This document shows, piece by piece, positions 39,517 through 47,858 of a DNA stretch of 64,000 nucleotides. Position numbers and translations under genes: made by a program. The notes beneath the pieces were generated by a model. The model worked only from the letters and a program-made list of their open reading frames with translations. It was not told the DNA's origin and did not search any database. Origin of the DNA: a virus; IMG/VR virus record IMGVR_UViG_3300018916_000001, positions 1-64,000 of that record, one strand, 5' to 3'. How positions within the stretch are numbered: the stretch's first letter is position 1; every line of letters starts with the position of its first letter.

Positions 39517-39894
39517 TTAGTTTTCATCAAAATAAAATTGAATTACACCTTTTAAAGGATTGGTTATAAGATAAGAATTTACAATATTGTAACTAGGAGG
39601 CAAGATATTCACTCTATAAACCTCTTGTCTATTACATTCTTTAATTACTCCATTTATTAATCTCTTAAGTAAAGAATCTGTTATCTCACTTAGATTTTCT
39701 CCTGTTTGGTTTGAGTTGAAAAAGTTATATACTGCTAATTTATATGTGTCACTTTTATTAACTAATAAACCTTCTATATCAGTTTTCCAATTGAAGATAT
39801 ATAGATTCCCATAATTAGTAAATAATATATTTTTTAGTTTTTCTATTTGTTCTTGAGGAGTTGGAAGGTTATCTCGAATATCTAAGAAATTCAT
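39517..39894 (-). CDS. hypothetical protein (paralog of 35730..36143)
   Basis: LINGVIKECNRQ...VNILPP...FYFDEN. Confidence 0.6.
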   Translation of the reverse strand: MNFLDIRDNLPTPQEQIEKLKNILFTNYGNLYIFNWKTDIEGLLVNKSDTYKLAVYNFFNSNQTGENLSEITDSLLKRLINGVIKECNRQEVYRVNILPPSYNIVNSYLITNPLKGVIQFYFDEN

Positions 39895-40199
39895 ACTTTA
39901 AATACATCACTACAATATTTCCATTTAAGAACTCTAGTATTTATACTATCAAAGCTATGTTTACTTGAATAATAATTCCATTTCTTATCTTGTGTATCAT
40001 AATACAGAATCTCGTACCAAGTAGATGAATTTAAGTCTCCTATAGTAGTGAGTTCAGCTAATACAGGATTTATAGTATCTGGAACAGTATCTTGACTCTT
40101 CATAATCTTAAGTAATTTAAGAGCTTCATTGGTATAATTATTTTTGTAAGAATTAGCTTCTAGATACTTAATAGCTTTATCTAAATAATTATTATCCAT
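39891..40199 (-). CDS. hypothetical protein
   Basis: 102-aa ORF. Confidence 0.55.
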   Translation of the reverse strand: MDNNYLDKAIKYLEANSYKNNYTNEALKLLKIMKSQDTVPDTINPVLAELTTIGDLNSSTWYEILYYDTQDKKWNYYSSKHSFDSINTRVLKWKYCSDVFKV

Positions 40200-40200
40200 G

Positions 40201-40494
40201 CTAACTCACTGAATAAGTTTTAAATATCATTGCATGATTCGACATATCTTTATAATACCAATTGTTTATATCATTAATATCTAAATCTCTAGAAGTAAAC
40301 CAATTACGTGCTTTTATTTCTGATTCTTCTTCTGTATCTCCTAAGAAAGCTTGGAGAACTATTAGAGGTTCATCTATCCATACACTTCTTAATCTATGGT
40401 CTAATGTAACTTTATCTATATTGAATTGAGCTGGAAGAGTTATATAACCTAAGACATCATCTATATAATAAGTTTTAATCATTATCATCACCAA
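40201..40494 (-). CDS. hypothetical protein
   Basis: 97-aa ORF. Confidence 0.55.
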   Translation of the reverse strand: MVMIMIKTYYIDDVLGYITLPAQFNIDKVTLDHRLRSVWIDEPLIVLQAFLGDTEEESEIKARNWFTSRDLDINDINNWYYKDMSNHAMIFKTYSVS

Positions 40495-40699
40495 ATACTC
40501 TAGGTAATCCAGTTATCTCTATCACTACTCTCACCCCATCTATATTATTAGGAATATTATGGTCTTCTATAGGTTCTGATATGTGAGCAATTAAGAAATA
40601 CCCATCGTTATCATAAGCTAATCCAATAATAGTAGGAAGATCTTTAACTATAAGAAGTAAAGATTGCTTAGCCTTTCTAGCTTGTTGTAGTGTAATCAA
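40475..40699 (-). CDS. hypothetical protein
   Basis: 74 aa, IPNNIDGVRVVIEITG. Confidence 0.55.
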   Translation of the reverse strand: MITLQQARKAKQSLLLIVKDLPTIIGLAYDNDGYFLIAHISEPIEDHNIPNNIDGVRVVIEITGLPRVFGDDND

Positions 40700-40702
40700 T
40701 TT

Positions 40703-41002
40703 CTATTCACAGCTTGATACTTCTTTAGTTATTTCTATAATTGCCCAATCAGGAATAGGCTCTAAACCTTCTTCTCTGTTATAGTAATCTCTACCGTGTT
40801 CTATAACTCTATCTATAAAACTTCTATGTACTGCTAAATAAGTTGTCCAATAATAGCAACTCTGTTCAGTAGTAAATGTAAATCCTTGGTCTAATAGAAA
40901 TCTATGATACTCTTTATTAGCTGCTTTAATAATTTCAGTATGCTTCTTAATACCGTCTTTTAATTCTCTCTTTTGTATTTCATTCATAAAGAGTTCTCCC
41001 AA
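40703..41002 (-). CDS. GY.F..AVH..PDWAII family protein
   Basis: FLLDQGFTF...LAVHRS...IPDWAIIEI. Confidence 0.6.
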   Translation of the reverse strand: MGELFMNEIQKRELKDGIKKHTEIIKAANKEYHRFLLDQGFTFTTEQSCYYWTTYLAVHRSFIDRVIEHGRDYYNREEGLEPIPDWAIIEITKEVSSCE

Positions 41003-41178
41003 GTAAATTGTTCTTTGTATTTTTCGTCGTCAGAGAATTTATAACCCCACTCTTGTAAATTATTTACAAAGTTAAGGTCTATTTTCCAGCTTTCTTCAGT
41101 ATCAAATTTAACTACCACTATTGTTCCATAATCAGATTCTATTAATTGTAAAACTTTTTGAACTAGATATTTGTGCAT
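40984..41178 (-). CDS. hypothetical protein
   Basis: 64-aa ORF. Confidence 0.5.
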   Translation of the reverse strand: MHKYLVQKVLQLIESDYGTIVVVKFDTEESWKIDLNFVNNLQEWGYKFSDDEKYKEQFTWENSL

Positions 41179-41688
41179 TTATATAATCTCATCTATAATT
41201 TTCATTTCTAGAGCTTCATCTGCATCTAAATATTTATCTACTACTAACCATTCTCTAGTAATTTCTGGAGTTCGATTATTGTAAATCTCTACAATCTTCG
41301 ATAGTAATTTATCATTAAGTTCGGCATAAGACTTACTATTACTAAATCTTTGATCAGAATACCAACTTACTTCATGAAATCCTAATATTGCGTTTCTATA
41401 CATCACTACTTTATGTCTAGTAGTAAATAAACACATAGTAGCAGCAGACCCTACAAAGCTAGTAATATAGATAGTTACATTTAATCTAGTAGAGTTGAGA
41501 ATGTCATGTAACTTAAGTCCTTCAAATGCACTTCCACCATCTGAACTCAAATAGAAATTAAGAGTAGTGTTGTTCTTATCTTTCTCTAACTTATGAATTT
41601 CTTTTAGTAAATCATTGATAGACTCCGGTGTAATCTCACCTATGAAATATAAATTATTATCTATTCTTTCTGCTTTATTTATACTCAT
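41179..41688 (-). CDS. ClpP-like (S14) protease
   Basis: FYLSSDGGSAFEG, VGSAAT (catalytic Ser), GFHE (His), YLDADEALEMKIID. Confidence 0.85.
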   Translation of the reverse strand: MSINKAERIDNNLYFIGEITPESINDLLKEIHKLEKDKNNTTLNFYLSSDGGSAFEGLKLHDILNSTRLNVTIYITSFVGSAATMCLFTTRHKVVMYRNAILGFHEVSWYSDQRFSNSKSYAELNDKLLSKIVEIYNNRTPEITREWLVVDKYLDADEALEMKIIDEII

Positions 41689-41689
41689 A

Positions 41690-41941
41690 TTACTTTCTCA
41701 CTGATTTATTGAATTGATACATAGCTTTGTATTCTTCTATCTTTTCTTTAGTTAGTGGTTCAAATACATCTAACTTATTATTTTTGGTATATAAGATTTT
41801 ATGTGATTCTTGTACATCTTCACCAGATTCTAGTGAATTTACTATTGTACAGTAGTGACTGATAGCTCCATTAGATTCGAGATGTCCTATAACTAACATC
41901 TTTCCAAATTTATCTCTTCTATATATTTCTAAAAACTTCAC
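41690..41941 (-). CDS. hypothetical protein
   Basis: 83-aa ORF. Confidence 0.5.
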   Translation of the reverse strand: MKFLEIYRRDKFGKMLVIGHLESNGAISHYCTIVNSLESGEDVQESHKILYTKNNKLDVFEPLTKEKIEEYKAMYQFNKSVRK

Positions 41942-42109
41942 TTCTTATCTTCTTTACCTTTTAGTAGTTCTTTTATCTTAGTGAATAAAGGATGTTCAGG
42001 TTTTCCTTTCTTATCTTTATCTTGTGTCATAATATCTCCAAATGAAAAAAGTAGCTAGCTATTAACTAACTACTTCAAATGAATTACTCTATATCTATAT
42101 TATAGCTCT

Positions 42110-42491
42110 TTATTCATATCTACTAAAATTACTAAGAAACTTTCCTAACCTACTCATCTTTCTCCCTTCAGATTTCATAACTAAATCATCTAGAGGAGTT
42201 ACAGTATTCTTAATTGCGTTACCAGTAGCTTTTGCACCTTGTTTAGCTCTATAAGCAGTTTCCTTGGGATTCTTAATTAATAATACTCCAATTCGTTTCT
42301 TAGCTTTGTCTAGAAAAGAACGTCTCGGTAATTCAATGTTACCTTTACTTTTTAATAGTCTTGGCTACTTTGTCGTACTCTCTAATATTGGTAAAAGTAT
42401 TCTTAGGTATTTTAGCTACTTGCTTTGGAGCTTCTACCGCTTGTTTCTTTGCTACTGTAAGAGCTGATTGTAAAAATTGTCTACGGTTCAT
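42110..42491 (-). pseudogene. frameshifted basic protein with two twin-arginine-like motifs
   Basis: MNRRQFLQSA... stops after an A5 run (42349-42353); +1 frame continues KSKGNIELPRRSFL...SRYE*; length 3n+1. Confidence 0.6.
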
Positions 42492-42626
42492 TGTTTCTTT
42501 CTCTCATTATCTTTATCCCTTTGTTCTTTAATAGTTTTGTCTAATGTTTCTTTAACTTTTTCTTTTCGTTTATCTGAATCTTCTGACATAATGTACACCC
42601 TGAGATATTTATGTCTTAATTTTAAC

Positions 42627-43412
42627 TTAGACTTCTACTATTAATTGGTATTGAAACTTATTGTTCTCACCTTCTGTACTAGAACTATTTGGGTAAGTAA
42701 TACAAGTGTTGGGAGTTTTTGGATATCCTCTAGGATTAGATATTGCTCTACATCTATCAGAGAATTGTTGATCTATACTATCATGTGAATGCCCAAATAC
42801 TGCTAAATCAAACTTATCTAAGAACTTTCCTATGTCGTTTAAATAAAAACAATTCATTTCGTTACCTACATATTTAGGTGAGATAAATCTACTATGAGGA
42901 ACGTGATGAGTGATTAATACTTTCTTTGATTCACTATCTTCTATATTTTTTATAAATTTGATAGCTTCTCTTGACCATTTATCTGGGGTAAAGTCTTTTA
43001 TACATCGATAATCATTGAGATTGTATTTTAGTAGATTAGTCTCTATAGTTTCTTCAAACCATAAAGAAGTTCCGTAGAAAGTAATATCTTCTATCTTTTC
43101 TGAATTATTCTCTAATACATATAGATTAGGAATATATTTAATACGTTTCTCTAAGAGATTATGTACCTCTTCATAAGATGTTCCATAATACTCATGATTT
43201 CCTAGTACATATAATATGTTTTCATATCTATCTTGTACAACATCTAAAAAATGTGAAAGATTTCCACTAGATCTTTTATTTAACGCGCAAATATCTCCAG
43301 ACATAATTAGTGTACTAGCTGGAGTTTTATAAGAGATTCTATCTGCTAACTCAATTACTTGTACCGGAATAAGAAACTCTAAATGTAAATCTGAAACCAA
43401 TTGTATTTTCAT
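42627..43412 (-). CDS. metallophosphoesterase
   Basis: SDLHLE, SGD, GNHEYY, THHVP, FGHSH motifs. Confidence 0.9.
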   Translation of the reverse strand: MKIQLVSDLHLEFLIPVQVIELADRISYKTPASTLIMSGDICALNKRSSGNLSHFLDVVQDRYENILYVLGNHEYYGTSYEEVHNLLEKRIKYIPNLYVLENNSEKIEDITFYGTSLWFEETIETNLLKYNLNDYRCIKDFTPDKWSREAIKFIKNIEDSESKKVLITHHVPHSRFISPKYVGNEMNCFYLNDIGKFLDKFDLAVFGHSHDSIDQQFSDRCRAISNPRGYPKTPNTCITYPNSSSTEGENNKFQYQLIVEV

Positions 43413-43413
43413 G

Positions 43414-44225
43414 TTAAAAGTCGCATATTAAATAATTAATACTAAAATCTGTAAACTTCACTAATTCAACGTTTAGATATCTACATTCTTTATAATATTT
43501 CTGTTCCCAAATTGCAGTTTCTTTTTCTTTATATACTAAGACTAGATTTGTTTCATCATCTTTTATATATTCGCTATTTAGTAGAAGCACCCAAAGTTTG
43601 TTATCCATCCATTATTATGTAGTAGTTTTTATCTACGTATCTCATAATATGTGATTCAACTGTAAATGTTCTAGAAGAAGTAGCTAAACTATTGGCTATC
43701 TCTTGAGCTTTATCTTTGTTTAGGAATAGAATCATTTTATTAGTATCTTCATCTCGAACTAAATCTCTTTCTATTGAATCTTCATACCAAATAACGTAAT
43801 AGTTCATGACTTATCTATATCTACATAATCTTTATCAAAATCTAAAATCTTATAAGAAATCACTTGTACTAAATAATAAGTATCTCCTACTCCTATTTCA
43901 CAAGCTTTATTTTCTGCTACTGTTTCTTCTGTATAAAGTTGAATTTTGTCATTTAGATTATAAAAACGAGTACCAGAATAATCTGTACATTGAATTGCGT
44001 AATAAGTTGATATCGCCATAATAATTAATCTCCAATAGTAAAATGTAGATCAAACTCTGTATCTTCTATTAATTCTATAGTTTCTATTTTTGCTGTAGAA
44101 TCTAGTTCTTTAGCTTTATTTCTTGCGTTATCTTTATTGCGATATACTATAACTTTTTGATTTTCTGCTAAAGCTATTTTCTTTTTAGTCTCGTCTATAT
44201 AAGTGAGATAATAAAAAGTTGCCAT
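43414..44225 (-). CDS. four tandem small paralogs (43414..43608, 43601..43807, 43804..44019, 44025..44225)
   Basis: 64-71 aa each, pattern YY.I.....K...(Y/F)..K..A...A. Confidence 0.6.
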
Positions 44226-44226
44226 A

Positions 44227-44439
44227 TTATTTATTATTTTCTATCTTTGGTTTGTTAGGTGTAATGTAATTACTTGTATAATCTAACTCTACCGGACTTA
44301 TAATTAAAGCTACTATAACTGCAAAAATAAATATAAACCAAGAAAAAGGTGCTTTCTTAGGTTCTACTTTCTTTTTGTTATCTTCTTTATCTTTAGAACT
44401 TACTTCTTTAACTTGTATGGTATATGTCTTATTTTTCAT
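44227..44439 (-). CDS. small single-pass membrane protein
   Basis: Hydrophobic FSWFIFIFAVIVALII segment. Confidence 0.6.
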   Translation of the reverse strand: MKNKTYTIQVKEVSSKDKEDNKKKVEPKKAPFSWFIFIFAVIVALIISPVELDYTSNYITPNKPKIENNK

Positions 44440-44441
44440 AG

Positions 44442-44834
44442 TTATTCAGTAAATAAACTTAATTTTTCTATTAATTCATTAGAAATTGATTGGTCTAAGT
44501 TATCATAATCTTCTCCCCAATCTTCTTTATTAATACGATTCATATAAAAGAACTCAATAGCTCCATTACTAAATAGTTCACATTCTAAATAATACTCATT
44601 TTTATCCCAAGCAAACATTATATGAAAATCTCCTTCATTACTTTCACTAGGACAACAATCAGGAATCTCTAGAACTTTATCTTCTTTAGCTAACTTATAG
44701 ATTAAAAGAGTAATTAAATCTTCTGCTAACCATATAACAGATTCATCTCCATTAATTCTTTTAGCTTCATCTTTTAGAGAATTGAGATAACTGTTCATTC
44801 GTCTTCTTCGATTTAGTTGATATTCAGTAACCAT
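44442..44834 (-). CDS. hypothetical protein, paralog of 44838..45284
   Basis: F.W....YLECEL..NG.IEFFY.NRINKE..GEDY. Confidence 0.65.
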   Translation of the reverse strand: MVTEYQLNRRRRMNSYLNSLKDEAKRINGDESVIWLAEDLITLLIYKLAKEDKVLEIPDCCPSESNEGDFHIMFAWDKNEYYLECELFSNGAIEFFYMNRINKEDWGEDYDNLDQSISNELIEKLSLFTE

Positions 44835-44837
44835 TAT

Positions 44838-45284
44838 TTAATCCTCAGTAAATTTAAATAATAATTCAAATATACCCTCTGGAAAATTATTGTCCTCTGG
44901 ATGATAGTCTTCTCCTAACTCCTCTTTAGTAATCTTATTTCTATATTGAAATTCAAAAGAACCGTCTACTAATAACTCACAACATAACCATTCTGTCTTA
45001 TTTTTCCAATAGAAAGAAATTATAATTCCTAAGTCATCTGTAGGAAAACGTGGATCAAAAATAATATTAGGTATTAGTAATTTTTTACTAACTCCATTTT
45101 TAAATAGATTCCAATGTTCTAGAGCTTTATCTATTATTAAGTCTGTATTTATCAACTTAATACATTCTGGTCTTAAATCGTTTAAACACGTTATCAATTC
45201 TGCTTCTGTACTAATTTCAAATTCGGGACATGAAGAACTATAAGTCATAATATTTCTCTTATAAATAAATAAAAATCCCCACAA
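44838..45284 (-). CDS. hypothetical protein, paralog of 44442..44834
   Basis: FYW....WLCCEL..DGSFEFQY.NKITKE..GEDY. Confidence 0.65.
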   Translation of the reverse strand: MWGFLFIYKRNIMTYSSSCPEFEISTEAELITCLNDLRPECIKLINTDLIIDKALEHWNLFKNGVSKKLLIPNIIFDPRFPTDDLGIIISFYWKNKTEWLCCELLVDGSFEFQYRNKITKEELGEDYHPEDNNFPEGIFELLFKFTED

Positions 45285-45322
45285 TAGAGATTCTTTAATA
45301 GTATAGCTAATACATTGGAGAT

Positions 45323-45586
45323 TTAGTTATTTTGAGTTTGATTGCAAAGAAAGTCTCTTATTTTATCTAACTTTATTACTCCTCTATGATATAAATGTTC
45401 AGCTATTTCAGCAAATTCACTAGCAGTACAAAATAATTCTTGATGTCGTTCATTAGTTAAAGTTAAATGAGCTTCATCTTTAATTGTTTCTCCTTCTACT
45501 ACTTTTACAGTTAAGCAGCAATTAGCAATAGTGGTACAAGCAGTTACTAATTCTTGTCCGTTTACTTTTTTCTTAGTTATTGTCAT
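45323..45586 (-). CDS. hypothetical protein
   Basis: 87-aa ORF divergent from terL. Confidence 0.55.
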   Translation of the reverse strand: MTITKKKVNGQELVTACTTIANCCLTVKVVEGETIKDEAHLTLTNERHQELFCTASEFAEIAEHLYHRGVIKLDKIRDFLCNQTQNN

Positions 45587-45628
45587 GTTTTTATACTATT
45601 ATATAGGTACTTCATATTATATATCAAA

Positions 45629-47218
45629 ATGTCAAAGAAAAAGAATGAGCAGTTAAGTAAAATAGACCAAGAAATAGAATTTCTACTTAATCAACAAAAA
45701 TATATCAATGCTTCTAATTCTCTATATGATTTTCTTAAAGTTGGATTTGATCATGTAGAAACTAATGATTTTAGAGATAGTCGTTTAGCAGGAGCTTTAT
45801 GCGAGCATTTAGAAGCAATAATGAATGGACAGATTAAAAGATTAATTATCAATATTAGTCCAAGAACTATGAAGACTCTATTAACCGGAGTTTATTTTCC
45901 TGCTTATTGGTGGTTAAAGAAACCTCATCTTAAGTTTATTTATTGTAGTTATACGGTTGGTATTGCTCGTAAATGCTCTGAACAGTTTAGAAAATTAGTT
46001 CAACATGATTATTACTCTTTAGTTCAAAATACTATGGAGAGTTATATGGATACTCCTATTAGTTTTACTGGTTATAAAAATACACAAGATTTAATCGTAA
46101 ATAACTATGGAGGTGAGAGAGTTACTGTAGGTATCGGAGGTAGTATCACTGGTATTGGAGCAGATGTAATTATCTTAGATGATCCTTTAAAAGCTAAAGA
46201 TGCGTATAGCAAAATACAAAAAGCTCATGTTAACAACTTCATTCAAGGTACATTAATCAATCGTTTAAATAAGACCAGTGAAGAAAAAGTAGTTATATTA
46301 ATTCAGCAAAGATTAGCAGAAGATGATGCTTCAGGGTTTTTAAGAGAACAAGGTAGCTATGATATTTTAGAATTACCACTTTTATTTACTGGTCTTTCTA
46401 ATAGTAAGACTCAACTAGATTTTAGAGATTGGAGAAAGAAACCTGGTGAGATCCTGATCCCAGAACTTATGACTTTGGAAGATGTAGCTAGTCTAGAAAA
46501 TCAGATGGGAGCTATTGAGTTTGAACGTCAATGTCAGCAGAATATTAAAGGTGCAGCGGGAAATATTGTCTCTAGTAAGTATTTCAAAGAATATCAAAAT
46601 GCTCCTCCTTACGAACAATATATCTTGGCAGGTGACTTAGCTGAATCAGTGGAAGACCAAGCTTGTTATACCGGATTAGTAATCTTTGGTGTATATGAAA
46701 ATAAGTATTATGTAGTAGATATAGTAGAGAAAAAATTAGGTTTTGATGATTTAATTATTGAAGTGAAAAATCTACTAAATAAATATCCTTGTGCTTATAA
46801 AATCATAGAGAAGAAAAGTGTCGGCCCTGCTCTTATCAATGTTTTATCTAAAGAAATTCCGGGTTTTATTGCATTAGAGCCTAGAGAATATGGAACAGAT
46901 AAAGAAAGTCGATTGAAAGCTAGTATTCCTGCGTTTATGTCAGGTAAAATATATTTCCCTACTAAAGAGGCTTGTGAGAAAATAGTAACTCTAAAAGATC
47001 AGTTGGTAACTTTTCCATTATGTAGAAATGATGATGTTATGGATGCTTTTTGCTATGGAGTTCTATGGTTAGAAAGAAATAGTAGAGTAGTTAGTAGCTC
47101 AGAAATACTTCAAGTTCCATCTGAATATATAAAACAAAGAAGGAACATCTTTATTGATACTCCTTCTCCTAATCAAATATTTGGTTCTACTAATACTTCT
47201 ACTAGATTTAGATTTTAA
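45629..47218 (+). CDS. terL: terminase large subunit
   Basis: LIINISPRTMKT (Walker A), ITGIGADVIILDDP (Walker B), QQRL..DD, nuclease D..IEKK..G...NDDVMDA; start at MSKKK. Confidence 0.93.
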   Translation: MSKKKNEQLSKIDQEIEFLLNQQKYINASNSLYDFLKVGFDHVETNDFRDSRLAGALCEHLEAIMNGQIKRLIINISPRTMKTLLTGVYFPAYWWLKKPHLKFIYCSYTVGIARKCSEQFRKLVQHDYYSLVQNTMESYMDTPISFTGYKNTQDLIVNNYGGERVTVGIGGSITGIGADVIILDDPLKAKDAYSKIQKAHVNNFIQGTLINRLNKTSEEKVVILIQQRLAEDDASGFLREQGSYDILELPLLFTGLSNSKTQLDFRDWRKKPGEILIPELMTLEDVASLENQMGAIEFERQCQQNIKGAAGNIVSSKYFKEYQNAPPYEQYILAGDLAESVEDQACYTGLVIFGVYENKYYVVDIVEKKLGFDDLIIEVKNLLNKYPCAYKIIEKKSVGPALINVLSKEIPGFIALEPREYGTDKESRLKASIPAFMSGKIYFPTKEACEKIVTLKDQLVTFPLCRNDDVMDAFCYGVLWLERNSRVVSSSEILQVPSEYIKQRRNIFIDTPSPNQIFGSTNTSTRFRF

Positions 47219-47460
47219 GGATAAGTCCAGAATTCATCTACTACAGGAGTAAAATTACCTTCTGATTGCTCTAAAGCTTTATGAAACTCTTTTTCAATCT
47301 TAGGTGAACCAGATAGTATAATAGTGGCCTGTAGTCCTTCTATAGTTTCTAGCATATCTTCTATTAGATCTTTTAGTTCATCTATAGTCTTTCTTGGAAA
47401 TACTAGATCTTCTTCAATTTTATTATATAATTCTTCAAATCTTTTTCTAGAATAAATCAT
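47215..47460 (-). CDS. hypothetical protein
   Basis: 81-aa ORF; EDMLETIE.L resembles a Phd/YefM antitoxin C-terminal segment (weak). Confidence 0.5.
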   Translation of the reverse strand: MIYSRKRFEELYNKIEEDLVFPRKTIDELKDLIEDMLETIEGLQATIILSGSPKIEKEFHKALEQSEGNFTPVVDEFWTYP

Positions 47461-47463
47461 TTA

Positions 47464-47850
47464 CTACTCACCCTTCTTCTCGGGTTCTAAGAATGTATGA
47501 CCTCTTTTAGCAAATCTCTTTCTAATAGTATCGTTTAATGCAAGTTTAGGTCGAAAATAACCTTTTACAATTAAGAAACTATTATTACCAATATCTCTGC
47601 GTCTTGTATCAGGTAAAGTTTTGAGCTTGATAACTCCTAGAGGAGTCGTTACCTCGTTACCTTCTTCTAGATATTGGATGATAGATTCAAAAACAGAATC
47701 AAATACTTTAGATAATAGAACTTGTGATAGAACAGCTTCAGAGCTTTGTTTTATTTTAGATTGAATGCGAAGGATAAGATCTTTCTTCGCTACTTTAGGA
47801 AATGTCATGTATGTTATATTGAAACAGTATTGCTTCATTATAATGTACAC
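47464..47850 (-). CDS. HU/IHF-like DNA-binding protein
   Basis: KKDLI..I...VFDSVFESI..YL.EG.EV...LG...RRD...PK; likely start MTFPK. Confidence 0.75.
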   Translation of the reverse strand: MYIIMKQYCFNITYMTFPKVAKKDLILRIQSKIKQSSEAVLSQVLLSKVFDSVFESIIQYLEEGNEVTTPLGVIKLKTLPDTRRRDIGNNSFLIVKGYFRPKLALNDTIRKRFAKRGHTFLEPEKKGE

Positions 47851-47858
47851 TTCTATTT

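Noticed and set aside
42588-47850. Shared ataatgtacac 11-mer at 42588 and 47840
   Set aside because: Only two copies in AT-rich DNA with different spacing to start codons; insufficient for a regulatory call
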